From an uncultured Bacilli bacterium (GTDB taxonomy: Bacteria > Bacillota_I > Bacilli_A > RF39 > UBA660): DNA of 64,000 nucleotides. A model generated the notes under the pieces. It was not told the DNA's origin. It searched no databases and worked only from the letters and a program-made list of their open reading frames with translations. The stretch spans positions 14,814-78,813 of the forward strand of contig CALVOU010000001.1 in the NCBI GenBank assembly GCA_944350365.1, in the 5' to 3' direction. This document shows positions 11,076 through 21,074 of the stretch, piece by piece. The translations under genes and the position numbers were made by a program. Within the stretch, counting starts at the first letter, position 1. Every line of letters starts with the position of its first letter.

Positions 11076-11100
11076 TAAAAAAAGCCCATAGGGCTTTAAA
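11076..11100 (-). terminator. Rho-independent terminator of spoVG
   Basis: On the minus strand a hairpin AAAGCCCTATGGGCTTT is followed by a T-run. It lies directly after the spoVG stop. Confidence 0.5.
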
Positions 11101-11107
11101 ACACATT

Positions 11108-11386
11108 TTATTCTTCGCTTGCAACAGGATCTTCTGCTTCTTCGTAAGCTTTAAGAATTGCCTCTTCAAACATAGAACGTACCTCTGGATTGATTGGATG
11201 AGCGATGTCACGGTACCCTCCATTTGGAGTTTTTTTACTAGGCATAGCGATAAATAATCCTTTTTCACCTTCGATGATACGAATATCATGTACAGCGAAA
11301 CTATCGTCTAGCAATACTGATGCGATACCTTTCATCCTAGAGCCTTCTTTTTCAATCTTACGAACATTTACAGATGTAATCTTCAT
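11108..11386 (-). CDS. spoVG: Septation/sporulation regulator SpoVG
   Basis: 92 aa. It is near-canonical SpoVG ([12 protein letters not shown]...[30 protein letters not shown]...). Confidence 0.9.
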   Translation of the reverse strand: MKITSVNVRKIEKEGSRMKGIASVLLDDSFAVHDIRIIEGEKGLFIAMPSKKTPNGGYRDIAHPINPEVRSMFEEAILKAYEEAEDPVASEE

Positions 11387-11489
11387 ATGTTATCCTCCTT
11401 CTAAAGCATCTAACTTTATATTACCATCATATAATAAAAATAACAAAAATGCAAGAAAAAGAAAGAGGAAAAGACTATTTTTTCGACAT

Positions 11490-12224
11490 TTAAGAATAAA
11501 AATAATTTCCAGAATATGGTAATTCTTGGTAAAATTGATTTAACATTTCCATATCGATAAATTCTGGATCAAATAACTGAATATTACAAAAGGAATATAG
11601 AAGCTGTATCGAAGAATCGTTCAAGGCGAATTTTCGTTTAAAAAAGTGATATAATTGTTCAATTTTTCTATCATTATAATTAGAATTAGGATCTCTAATA
11701 CGCTTAGATAATAAAATAGGTATCCACCAATCATAATCTTCCTTACTAACATGAAGCAGATGTTTCCCATAAGTCAAATATTCTAATGAACTAAGATATA
11801 AATAACGATTAGATTCCGATAACGAAATCGCATTTTCTAACCGACACCCTACCGCAAATATTCTAGCGATAATAAATGACTTTTGGAAAACATTTTGATC
11901 AGTTGTCTCTAAACATAATATTGCCTGTTCTATACTATAAAAATTATGGTAAAAAGCGTGATGATATAGACGATTAGAACCTTCACGATGTGTCTTTTCT
12001 AATATAGAATTAGCTTCTTGAATAATCGCATGAGCATTATCCAACTTTAAAGCAAGCTCCTCGTCATTTGATAAAACCGCTACTTCCCTCATCTTCTGAT
12101 ACAAGATAAGTAATTCATCATACAACGATATCGAATGGACAGTAGAGTTCTGTAGCCAATCGATAAAACCTTGATATACTTCAGTAACTGTCATTATCCT
12201 CACCTCAAGATAACCGTACCACAT
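11490..12224 (-). CDS. Hypothetical protein. The likely true start is at MTVTEVY, around 12194.
   Basis: 244 aa ORF between veg and spoVG. No recognisable motifs. Confidence 0.35.
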   Translation of the reverse strand: MWYGYLEVRIMTVTEVYQGFIDWLQNSTVHSISLYDELLILYQKMREVAVLSNDEELALKLDNAHAIIQEANSILEKTHREGSNRLYHHAFYHNFYSIEQAILCLETTDQNVFQKSFIIARIFAVGCRLENAISLSESNRYLYLSSLEYLTYGKHLLHVSKEDYDWWIPILLSKRIRDPNSNYNDRKIEQLYHFFKRKFALNDSSIQLLYSFCNIQLFDPEFIDMEMLNQFYQELPYSGNYFYS

Positions 12225-12252
12225 CCATCAAGGAGAATGCCACAAAAAACGT

Positions 12253-12468
12253 TCAACTTAATACGACCAATTTTTTAATTAACATATCACTATAACTAAA
12301 TGATTTTATCCTCTGATTATCCTGTAAACGAATAATAAAAACCGCATCATAAGTATTAATAATTGTTCCTTCAAATTCTTCTATTTGATTACGACTACCA
12401 TTAAAACGAAATTTTAAATTTTTCCCTTTATAAGAATTCACTTTATCTCTTACTTTTTCTATCGTCAT
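12253..12468 (-). CDS. veg: Veg (biofilm/sporulation-associated small protein)
   Basis: It aligns with B. subtilis Veg (LKFRFNGSRNQIEEFEGTIINTYDAVFIIRL...FSYSDML). The likely start is MTIEKV at 12468. That ATG overlaps the yabG TGA stop as ATGA. Confidence 0.75.
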   Translation of the reverse strand: MTIEKVRDKVNSYKGKNLKFRFNGSRNQIEEFEGTIINTYDAVFIIRLQDNQRIKSFSYSDMLIKKLVVLS

Positions 12469-13304
12469 CTCGGATACCCCACAAACATACATCCTTTTGT
12501 GGCAACCCCACCGATACCTTCTGAACCATATTTAGTTTTTTCTAAAAGATGAATTAAATCCACCGTTTTATTTCGATCAAACAAAGCAATACCAGATGCG
12601 ATAATAGCAGGATCTAAAGCATGAATATTAATTCTTTTTGGACTAGACGCAAAAGTAGCCCCTGATTTAATTAATTCTTCATAATTACTCTGACAAGCAC
12701 CCGCTATAATAATCAATTTATCTTGATCTTTTTCGTACTTTCTAGCCATCTTAACTGCTTCGATAAAACTCGCCGTATTTTTATAACTAGTTAACTCTTT
12801 AATCGAACCCTTTCTCTTATAATAAGCATCATGCCCAGTTATTACCAAAATATCTGGATTTAGTTTCGTTAAATAACTGATAATTTCTGATTGAATATCC
12901 GCTTCCTGTAAACACACACCATACGCCATAATATTTAATTTCTTATATAAATTCATACAACGTCTTAAATAATCTTCATCACCATCTATATGTAGTACTT
13001 TACCAGGTAGATAGAAATATTCACTTCTATCTAGTTTAATTCCTTTATCTACCCGCTCAAAAATTAAATCATCATCTTCTATTTTTTGATTCTCCACCTT
13101 GTTTAAATCCTCAAGCTCACTATCTGCGTATAATCTCAAGTTAATTCCCTTCAAGTAAGCAGTATTTCCCACAATATCGATAATCTTAAAAAACATATCA
13201 TTCTGATAAGACTCTCTAGTCACAATATCTCCTATATGAAAAAGCATATTCTTCACCCATAAAATTATATGTAAAATAGGAAATAAATTATGCGTATTAT
13301 TCAA
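12465..13304 (-). CDS. yabG: Sporulation-specific protease YabG (peptidase U57)
   Basis: 279 aa. It shows the YabG family pattern (ITGHDAY...IIAGACQSNYEEL...) and is adjacent to veg as in Bacillus. Confidence 0.75.
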   Translation of the reverse strand: MNNTHNLFPILHIILWVKNMLFHIGDIVTRESYQNDMFFKIIDIVGNTAYLKGINLRLYADSELEDLNKVENQKIEDDDLIFERVDKGIKLDRSEYFYLPGKVLHIDGDEDYLRRCMNLYKKLNIMAYGVCLQEADIQSEIISYLTKLNPDILVITGHDAYYKRKGSIKELTSYKNTASFIEAVKMARKYEKDQDKLIIIAGACQSNYEELIKSGATFASSPKRINIHALDPAIIASGIALFDRNKTVDLIHLLEKTKYGSEGIGGVATKGCMFVGYPR

Positions 13305-13324
13305 AGAAAAAGATTAATCAATAA

Positions 13325-13829
13325 CTAAGAAATAGAAGAATACGTATACTCCCCACACATCAAGTAATGATTCTTTATATGATAAACGCATGTAGATACC
13401 TGATAATCACCTAATTCAGTAGGTAAAGTATTGTATAGATTCTCTTTATCAAAATAAGTTAAACAATAAGTATCTTCTGATAAACTTAGTTCACTAGCTA
13501 AAGGAATAGGAAGTGAATCTCTCATAGAAAAAGAGTAATCCCTACTTAATATCCAATTTTTATTTTGAATTAACTGTTGTTCAAATTCTTTAGTTTGTTT
13601 ATCATCTTTAAATTTGGCAACATAAATACCCCCATCTTTTGTATCAACCGTATCAAAAGGTAGCTGACGATATTTTCCAGAGGAAGGGATATCTATCCCT
13701 ATAATATCCCGAAAATGAGCGATATCTTGATAGGTAGCTTTACAGTTTAAATGAAAATCTAAAGATAAACGTCCAAAAAGTAAAAATAATATAATGAAAA
13801 TACACCCAACAACGATATTTTTCTGACAT
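13325..13829 (-). pseudogene. Exported or lipoprotein-like protein gene interrupted by a +1 frameshift in an A5 tract near its 5' end
   Basis: An ATG at 13829 with an RBS gives MSEK and then runs into an early stop. The -1 frame is open for about 165 codons down to 13325. It encodes a signal peptide (NIVVGCIFIILFLLFG) and includes the listed 66-aa ORF. The frames switch at the AAAAA run at 13818-13822. Confidence 0.3.
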
Positions 13830-14283
13830 TTTATTCCTTATTTTTTATATTTAATTCCTAAAATAAAAGATAAAAGAGGAACAGGTAAAAATAAGTAAAA
13901 ATACCAATAGTATTCCGGCGCCATAAAAAAGGAAATTCCCATAATATTAGGAACAGCTACCATAAATACAAAAACAATAATGTAAAAACAAATAACACAA
14001 TCATCCTAATCCGAATTTTATCTTTTCTATCTTTTATCCCCCTTTTTCTTGATATCTGTTCAGTTACTGCCGTTTCTTCTGATTCTAATATAGCTTCTTT
14101 TTTCATAGTAAACTCCTCGATCATATAAGAATATTTTGTAAGTCAAAACACTAGTTGTTCGATGTAAGATTTATTTTTAAGTTTCTTTTTCATATAATAT
14201 TTTCTATGTCTTTTCTATATTTAAACATTTAAAAACTATTTAAAGTTATCTTGTCTGTCTGGTAATAAAACTTTTTTATATTA

Positions 14284-14538
14284 TTACTTAAAGCACATTC
14301 CGAACGACTGTATGCATTTTTTGATCTCCTTCACTTTGCCTATAGCAAATATTAGTAAAAAAACATCAGAATAACTAACAATTGTATCAGAATAGGGAAA
14401 AAAAAGAAGAAAGTATATTACTAAAATGTAATATGATCCTATCACTAATACTTTGCCGATATCATTAACTAATTTTTTTAACCATGCCATTATACTTCTC
14501 CCCAAAAAATAATTTAATTGATATATTAATATAGTCAA
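14284..14538 (-). CDS. Small membrane protein with 2 TM helices. The likely start is at MAWLKK.
   Basis: 84 aa ORF with two hydrophobic helices. No homology recognised. Confidence 0.25.
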   Translation of the reverse strand: MTILIYQLNYFLGRSIMAWLKKLVNDIGKVLVIGSYYILVIYFLLFFPYSDTIVSYSDVFLLIFAIGKVKEIKKCIQSFGMCFK

Positions 14539-15111
14539 ACTATCTTGAACGATAATATAATTCTAATATTCTGACAGTTTTTCTAGCAGAAACAAAAAAC
14601 AAATCATCATATAACTATATTTTAGTTTTCTCTTTAAATTTTCTAAATAATTTATTTTTTCTTTCTGAATCTCATAGTCTTTTATACTTCCTACAAATAA
14701 ACCAAGTTTTTTCTTAAGTACCTTTAAAAAGATAAGAATTTTTTAATAAGTTTGTCTTTATTACATTTTTTTCCATTTTTTAAATATAATAGTTTTCTTT
14801 TTTCTAATGTAAATCCAATCTTAACATCTATAGTTATCAATACTGATAATGTAAGACAAACAAATTCATCAAGCTCTTTCATAGTATATTTCTTTAAAAA
14901 GTTGAATAACAAACAATAGTGAAAACAATGTAATAATCAACAAATATATCATAAGTATCTTTATTTTATATTTCTTAAAAGTAAAACCAATTATTCTATT
15001 CCTGCTATAACATACTATTATCTATTTACTTCATCATATTATATTCTTTATAAAAATTCAATAATTTTATCTAGCAAATAAAAAATTAGGAATTATTTTA
15101 CATAATAATCC

Positions 15112-15927
15112 CTATATTCTAGCTAACGCATTACTCAACTCTACAAAAATCTCTAAAGGAAGAGCTTCAGCACGTACAGATAAATCTAAAGAATGACGAG
15201 AAAGTACCTGTTCAATAATAGATAAATCATATTTTTTTAAATTATTTTTTAATGTTTTTCTCTTATATTGAAAAGCATCACGTACTAGTTGAAAGAAAAG
15301 TTCTTGATCTTTAAGAGGTAACAGTTCTTCTTTCTTCGTAAACGATAAAATTACACTATCAACATTAGGTTTAGGAACAAAACAGTTCCTACTAACATCA
15401 AAAAGTTTCTTTAAATAAAAATAATAATTAAAAAATACTGTAATTGAACTATAATCACGATTTCCAGGTTCTGCACTGAATCTTATTCCGACCTCTTTTT
15501 GTACCATAACGACAATTTTATCGACTGAAATATGCTCTTCAATCAACTTTAATAAAATAGGCGTCGTAATATAATAAGGAAGATTAGCAATCACATAAAG
15601 ATGAGAAAAAGAATATTGTTTCAAGTCTTCTTTCACATTTCGAGTTAAAAAATCCCCATAAATAATATCAATATTAGAGTAATCCTTTAAGTTATCAGCC
15701 AAAATAGTAGATAAAGAATCATCAATCTCATAAGCCAGTACTTGTTTACAACAAGGAGCTAATTCCTTCGTCAGTGCCCCTGCACCAGGTCCTATTTCTA
15801 TAACTAAAGTATCTTCAGGAATCTCACTATAAGCAACAATTTTTTTAGGAATAGAATCATCTTTTAAAAAATTTTGCCCATATTTTTTCTTAAATTGGAT
15901 CTCCTTCATCTTTTCACTCCTCATCAA
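15112..15927 (-). CDS. rsmA: 16S rRNA (adenine1518/1519-N6)-dimethyltransferase
   Basis: 271 aa. It has a SAM-binding motif (VIEIGPGAGALT) and the KsgA family fold. Its position relative to tatD/metS matches Bacillus. Confidence 0.85.
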   Translation of the reverse strand: MMRSEKMKEIQFKKKYGQNFLKDDSIPKKIVAYSEIPEDTLVIEIGPGAGALTKELAPCCKQVLAYEIDDSLSTILADNLKDYSNIDIIYGDFLTRNVKEDLKQYSFSHLYVIANLPYYITTPILLKLIEEHISVDKIVVMVQKEVGIRFSAEPGNRDYSSITVFFNYYFYLKKLFDVSRNCFVPKPNVDSVILSFTKKEELLPLKDQELFFQLVRDAFQYKRKTLKNNLKKYDLSIIEQVLSRHSLDLSVRAEALPLEIFVELSNALARI

Positions 15928-15972
15928 AAGTATTCAATATTATATCACAAATCACTTATCAAAAAAGAGAAA

Positions 15973-16593
15973 TTAAATTATATTTTCTTTCTCCTCATTC
16001 TTATCATCTTCATTATCTGACTTAGCTTTAGAATTCTTAATTAAACCAACCAATTTTCCGATATCATAAATAATCACACCAACACAAGGTAAAACAACGA
16101 TCAGCAACCAACCAAGCTTACTAGTAATAAAATTACGCACATACCCAATCATAGGAATACGAAATAGAACTTTACCGATTACTTCATCTTCCATAATCAA
16201 TGCATTATCTTCAGTATTATTATTATCACCTTTAGTACGATAACCAATTTTACCGTCTTCCGTTTCAACAATTCCCACTACACGATGAGTAATTGGTGTC
16301 CCATGCGTATCAATATCCTTTGATAGAAAAGTAATTACATCATACATTTCAATCTTTTCAGTCGGAACACGCATAGTTACAACTGCATCGTAAACATTGA
16401 TATTCGGTACCATACTAGGGCTAATAATAACATAAACTCCAAATAAAGGAGAGCGGTCCTCATGATTTTTCATTCCAATCATCTGATCAATAACGTAGGC
16501 ACCAAAAAAAACAGTAATGATTAAAACAATAATCAAAAGTGAATACAAAAGTACAGTAGATAAAAAATGTAAGACCTTACGAACCGTATCCAT
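15973..16593 (-). CDS. Signal peptidase I (S26, SipW/ER-type)
   Basis: 206 aa. It has an N-terminal TM helix, the catalytic Ser motif ISPSMVP, and a second TM near the C-terminus. Confidence 0.6.
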   Translation of the reverse strand: MDTVRKVLHFLSTVLLYSLLIIVLIITVFFGAYVIDQMIGMKNHEDRSPLFGVYVIISPSMVPNINVYDAVVTMRVPTEKIEMYDVITFLSKDIDTHGTPITHRVVGIVETEDGKIGYRTKGDNNNTEDNALIMEDEVIGKVLFRIPMIGYVRNFITSKLGWLLIVVLPCVGVIIYDIGKLVGLIKNSKAKSDNEDDKNEEKENII

Positions 16594-16710
16594 ATAATCA
16601 CCGCGCCATTCTAATATACTTTAATCATACCACAGGAAAACTAGACAAACAATAAAAATGGTATAATCTTTTTAATCCTTGACAAAGAAAAAGAAGTAGC
16701 TTTCTACTCC

Positions 16711-17298
16711 TTACCAACCCCAACGTAAAATTTCATATTGAACATTCTTTTGTCTACCTACTACATTAGGATCGTCAGTTTCCGCAATAAGAAAATCCAT
16801 AATATTTCCTTTGATTGCGCCACCTCTATCTAATACTATTCCTATAATAGGTTCAGTTGAAAAACTAACATTACTAAACCTTACAATACTACCACATGGA
16901 ATAGCCATATCAGCAGCTAAAATACGAACAGTACCATAAGTAACATCTTCAAAATAAATATTATTATTTCGTACATCTTGACGTGGTGGGCAACCAACTT
17001 TTCCTGAACAACCTACACAGTTAGCTTGGTAAGCAGTCATTTCTCCAACAAAAGAAATAGGATTAGTAGGACCATATTGAACTGCTTCGCTCATATTAGA
17101 AACAGGAATAACTTCTAATTGATTATTTCGATTATCGTATTTACTAACAATGTGAATTGCTTCAATTGAACGAACACCATTAATATTATTGACAAAATTA
17201 TTCGTTTTATGATTACCACTCGCAACAACAATTAACAAAAGCAAAAAGAATAAAACGAAAAACGCCCGATTTAAAATTACTTTATAAAATTTTTTCAT
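16711..17298 (-). CDS. Secreted 3D-domain protein (YabE / cell-wall-binding 3D family)
   Basis: 195 aa. It has a signal peptide and a C-terminal 3D domain with conserved Asp residues (ILAADMAI...GIVLDRGGAIKGNIMDF). Confidence 0.5.
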   Translation of the reverse strand: MKKFYKVILNRAFFVLFFLLLLIVVASGNHKTNNFVNNINGVRSIEAIHIVSKYDNRNNQLEVIPVSNMSEAVQYGPTNPISFVGEMTAYQANCVGCSGKVGCPPRQDVRNNNIYFEDVTYGTVRILAADMAIPCGSIVRFSNVSFSTEPIIGIVLDRGGAIKGNIMDFLIAETDDPNVVGRQKNVQYEILRWGW

Positions 17299-17350
17299 AA
17301 CCCACCTATTACGCTTTCGACTTTTCTATTCTGCTTTTACTATAACACAA

Positions 17351-18109
17351 TTAAATAGGTAAGTCAAATACCCTTTTCGCATTATCTGTCGTTATTTTTT
17401 CAACTTCTGAAAGAGAAATTCCCTTAATCTGAGCAATTTTTTCCGCAATTAAAGGAATATACTTTGATTCATTCATCTCTCCTCGATGAGGTTCCGGTGT
17501 AAGATAAGGACTATCTGTTTCTAAAACAATACTAGAAAGGGGAAGTTTTTCAACGACTTGATATAACTTACTATTCTTAAAAGTAAGTACACCGCCAATT
17601 CCTAGCACAAAACCAAGTTCAATAAAAGCACGAGCCATCTCATAACTACCACTAAAACAATGAATTACCCCTTTTACTTTACCTTTATACTGAGACAAAA
17701 TATCATAAAGGTCTTGAATCGCATCACGACAGTGAATGACAACAGGCATTTGATGTTTAACCGCCAAGTCTAATTGTTTTTGAAACAAATCACGTTGTTT
17801 CTCTTTATTATCCTTCCGCCAATAATAATCCAGTCCTATTTCTCCAATCGCAACAATCCTAGAAGAAGAAACAAGCACCTCATCTAAACAATGTAAATCT
17901 TTATCTGTAATGTTATCTGCATCTTCTGGATGAAAGCCAAGAGATACAAATACATCTGGATACTTATCTAAAAACTTTATTCCTGCCTGGTAACAATCTT
18001 GATTACAAAAAGAAAAAATAAGACCTTTAACATTAGCTGAATAGGCATTTTTTATATATACATCGCCTGATACAGACGAATCAATATGACAATGTGTATC
18101 AATAAACAT
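17351..18109 (-). CDS. tatD: TatD-family metal-dependent DNase/hydrolase
   Basis: 252 aa. It has the N-terminal HCH motif (FIDTHCHID) and the conserved His/Asp/Glu pattern. It is adjacent to metS as in Bacillus. Confidence 0.85.
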   Translation of the reverse strand: MFIDTHCHIDSSVSGDVYIKNAYSANVKGLIFSFCNQDCYQAGIKFLDKYPDVFVSLGFHPEDADNITDKDLHCLDEVLVSSSRIVAIGEIGLDYYWRKDNKEKQRDLFQKQLDLAVKHQMPVVIHCRDAIQDLYDILSQYKGKVKGVIHCFSGSYEMARAFIELGFVLGIGGVLTFKNSKLYQVVEKLPLSSIVLETDSPYLTPEPHRGEMNESKYIPLIAEKIAQIKGISLSEVEKITTDNAKRVFDLPI

Positions 18110-18169
18110 TTTCTCACCTCTTAGCTACTATTCTATCATAGAAAAAAATCCTACAAAATAGGATTTTTA

Positions 18170-19720
18170 TTAAGAATTACTAGACTGTCCAAGTTCTTGT
18201 AACTTCTTTTCTTTATCGATTCTTAAAAATAATGGTTCTGGTTTAGAAACCGTATAAACTAAATCAGCAACAAATTTTCTAGAATCACACGTTGTATTTA
18301 ATTGTTTTTGAATATTTAATGCCGTATCTGGTAAGAATGGCGCTAAGAATAAACTAGAAACACGAATTGATTCTAATAAATGATATAAAACCGTAGCTAA
18401 TCGAGTCTTTTTCGTTTCATCTTTGGCTAAAGTCCAAGGTAAGGTCTCATCAATATATTTATTACTACGACGAAGTAAATTAAATATTTCATCAAGAGCT
18501 GACCCAATCTCTAACTTCGCCATCTTTTCTTCTACTCTGTCTTCTAATTGATCAATCATCGTTAATAGTTCCTGATCAATTTCTTCGGTAACTTGTTGAT
18601 TACTTACTTTTCCATCAAAATATTTCTGTACCATTGAAATTGTTCGATTAACCAAATTACCTAAGATATTCGCCAAATCACTATTTGTTCTTTCAATCAA
18701 TAAATCATAAGTAAATACACCATCACTACTAAAAGGAATCTCATGTAGTAGATAATAACGAACAGCATCTACACCAAAATGCTCAACTAAATCATCGGCA
18801 TAGACAACATTTCCTTTTGATTTACTCATCTTTCCGTCTCCCACAATTAACCATGGATGACCAAATACTTGTTTAGGAAGTGGTAAATCTAAACTCATCA
18901 AAAAGCAAGGCCAATAAATCGTATGAAAACGAATAATATCTTTACCAATCAAATGTAAGTCAGCTGGCCAATATTTATTGAATTCCTCTGTACTTCCATC
19001 AGGGTCATAGCCAATATTCGTAATATAATTCGTAAGTGCATCTAACCATACATAAACAACATGTTTAGGGTCAAAATCTACTGGAATTCCCCAATCAAAA
19101 GAAGTTCTAGATACACATAAGTCCTGTAAACCTGGCTTCAAAAAGTTATTCAACATCTCATTTTTTCTAGCCTCTGGTTGAATAAAGTCAGGATGAGTTT
19201 CAATATACTCAATTAGACGATCCTGGTATTTAGAAAGTCTAAAGAAATAAGCTTCCTCGCTTTTCCTATTTACCTCTCTACCACAATCAGGACATTTTCC
19301 ATCTACTAATTGACTTTCCGTAAAGAAAGACTCACAAGGTGTACAATACCATCCTTCGTATTTTCCAAGATAAATATCTCCTTGATCCGTCATTTTCTTA
19401 AATATCTTTTGAACGATTCTTTCATGATGTGGATCCGTAGTTCGTACAAAACGATCATAACTAGTATTCATAACATCCCAGATTCGTTTGATTTCTGTTG
19501 CCACTTCATCAACGAACTGTTTCGGCGTAGTACCAGCTAATTCTGCTTTCTGTTGAATTTTCTCCCCATGTTCATCAGTACCAGTTTGAAAGTAAACTTC
19601 ACACCCTTTAAATCTTTTATAGCGCGCAATCGCATCAGCTAAAACAATCTCATAAGTATTTCCAATATGAGGTTTCCCAGAAGTATACGCAATTGCGGTC
19701 GAAATATAATATTTTTCCAT
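18170..19720 (-). CDS. metS: Methionyl-tRNA synthetase, short form without the C-terminal EMAP domain
   Basis: HIGN (HIGH) and KMSKS motifs are present, plus a CxxC...CxxC zinc knuckle. The likely start is MEKYYIST at 19720. The listed ORF begins earlier at 19759. Confidence 0.9.
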   Translation of the reverse strand: MEKYYISTAIAYTSGKPHIGNTYEIVLADAIARYKRFKGCEVYFQTGTDEHGEKIQQKAELAGTTPKQFVDEVATEIKRIWDVMNTSYDRFVRTTDPHHERIVQKIFKKMTDQGDIYLGKYEGWYCTPCESFFTESQLVDGKCPDCGREVNRKSEEAYFFRLSKYQDRLIEYIETHPDFIQPEARKNEMLNNFLKPGLQDLCVSRTSFDWGIPVDFDPKHVVYVWLDALTNYITNIGYDPDGSTEEFNKYWPADLHLIGKDIIRFHTIYWPCFLMSLDLPLPKQVFGHPWLIVGDGKMSKSKGNVVYADDLVEHFGVDAVRYYLLHEIPFSSDGVFTYDLLIERTNSDLANILGNLVNRTISMVQKYFDGKVSNQQVTEEIDQELLTMIDQLEDRVEEKMAKLEIGSALDEIFNLLRRSNKYIDETLPWTLAKDETKKTRLATVLYHLLESIRVSSLFLAPFLPDTALNIQKQLNTTCDSRKFVADLVYTVSKPEPLFLRIDKEKKLQELGQSSNS

Positions 19721-19724
19721 TTTT

Positions 19725-20213
19725 TTACCCTTCTTTCCTATCGGTAGAGCCAAAACCATTCACTCTTTCCCGAGTAATTTCTTCTTCATCATCTACCGTT
19801 AAATATTTAATAAACATCATTTGACAGATTTTATCCCCTCGATGTACTACATAGCCAGTATCTCCACAGTTCTGTAAACATATCCATATATGCCCTTCAT
19901 TCTCTATATTATTATAATAATCAGAATCAATGACACCAACTTGATTACACATTCGCACCATCGATTTAATTCCCTGACTACTGCGAATCATCAACAATAA
20001 TACTTCATCAAGATTCATACAGACCTTAATACCTAACGGAATTTTCTTCACTTCTCCTGGAGCTAAAACAAAATCGATTATTGATTCTCCGTCATAACCA
20101 GCACTTCTTTTGGTCGCTCTTTGTGGTAAAGAGTACTCTTGATATAAAGAAACATCATCACTAATATCTCGTTTAAATTGTTCAAAACTAATCTTTTCAA
20201 AAAATCGCGCCAT
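19725..20213 (-). CDS. dut: dUTP diphosphatase (dUTPase)
   Basis: 162 aa. All five dUTPase motifs are recognisable: AGYD, RSS, GVIDSDY, GDKICQ and RERVNGFGST. Confidence 0.85.
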   Translation of the reverse strand: MARFFEKISFEQFKRDISDDVSLYQEYSLPQRATKRSAGYDGESIIDFVLAPGEVKKIPLGIKVCMNLDEVLLLMIRSSQGIKSMVRMCNQVGVIDSDYYNNIENEGHIWICLQNCGDTGYVVHRGDKICQMMFIKYLTVDDEEEITRERVNGFGSTDRKEG

Positions 20214-20480
20214 TACTCAACACCACCTCATAAAAAAACGACTTTCTCGCCTATAAGGACGAAAAAATCGCGGTACCACCTTACTTTATGAATAAATATC
20301 CATACTCTCAACTTCTTAACGCGAATAACGGATAAACCTACCTATCGATCTATCAGTTCCAGAACCATCTATCATACTTCCTTTATATCCCATTTCACCA
20401 ACCGAGACTCTCTTCTCATAAAATCCATATGACTCTTTCTTTCAAAACTTTTATATCTAGAGATTATATCATAAAGATTT

Positions 20481-21029
20481 CTACTCTTCAATATTTTTTG
20501 TCAAAAATGCATTAAACATCTTTACTGTCAACATTTCTTGTTCCGATAACGGATTATCATCAAATAAAATTACAGAACCTAAAACATCACTATCCACAAT
20601 AACTGGACTAATCATATAATAGCCATTCTCTTCCACTTCATCGACAAAAGAAAACGAAGACTCCTGATTCTCTAAATAATCCATACGATCCATACACTTA
20701 TCTTGAATCAAAGAAGTAATCTCCTTATTTAAATAACGTTTTTCTAACTCCTTAGAACAAGCAATTACCTTATCATGATCAGTAATTAATAACTTCTTCT
20801 TTAATAAACGATCACTAATTCCCACTAATTTAATTGCCATATCACTAAATTCATTAATTAAAGAAAATTTCTTTAAAATAATTTCACTACCACTAATATA
20901 GAACTCTAACGTATCTCCTTCCCTAATCTTCAAATTCTTTCTTATTTCTTTAGGAATAACAATACGTCCTAAATCATCAATCCTACGAATAACACCAGTA
21001 GATTTCATATATAACCTTCTTTCTATCAT
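20481..21029 (-). CDS. spoVT: Stage V sporulation protein T (AbrB-family regulator with a GAF-like C-terminal domain)
   Basis: 182 aa. It has the N-terminal AbrB/MazE swapped-hairpin motif (VIRRIDDLGRIVIPKEIRKNLKIREGD). Size and architecture match SpoVT. Confidence 0.75.
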   Translation of the reverse strand: MIERRLYMKSTGVIRRIDDLGRIVIPKEIRKNLKIREGDTLEFYISGSEIILKKFSLINEFSDMAIKLVGISDRLLKKKLLITDHDKVIACSKELEKRYLNKEITSLIQDKCMDRMDYLENQESSFSFVDEVEENGYYMISPVIVDSDVLGSVILFDDNPLSEQEMLTVKMFNAFLTKNIEE

Positions 21030-21074
21030 TAGTCTTACTAAGATTAAAAAAGATTATACAAAAATAAATAAAAT

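Noticed and set aside
9548-11107. tnpA (Y1 HuH transposase) partner for tnpB
   Set aside because: No 130-160 aa ORF with HuH or Y motifs was found on either side. The element appears to be a tnpB-only (IS1341-like) copy.
11068-11522. ORFs 11068-11289 (-), 11205-11522 (+), 6127-6327 (-), 31206-31397 (-), 37313-37504 (-) and 38840-39031 (-), which overlap spoVG, ftsH, dnaX, gyrA and gyrB
   Set aside because: These are alternative frames of the same or opposite strand inside strongly supported genes.
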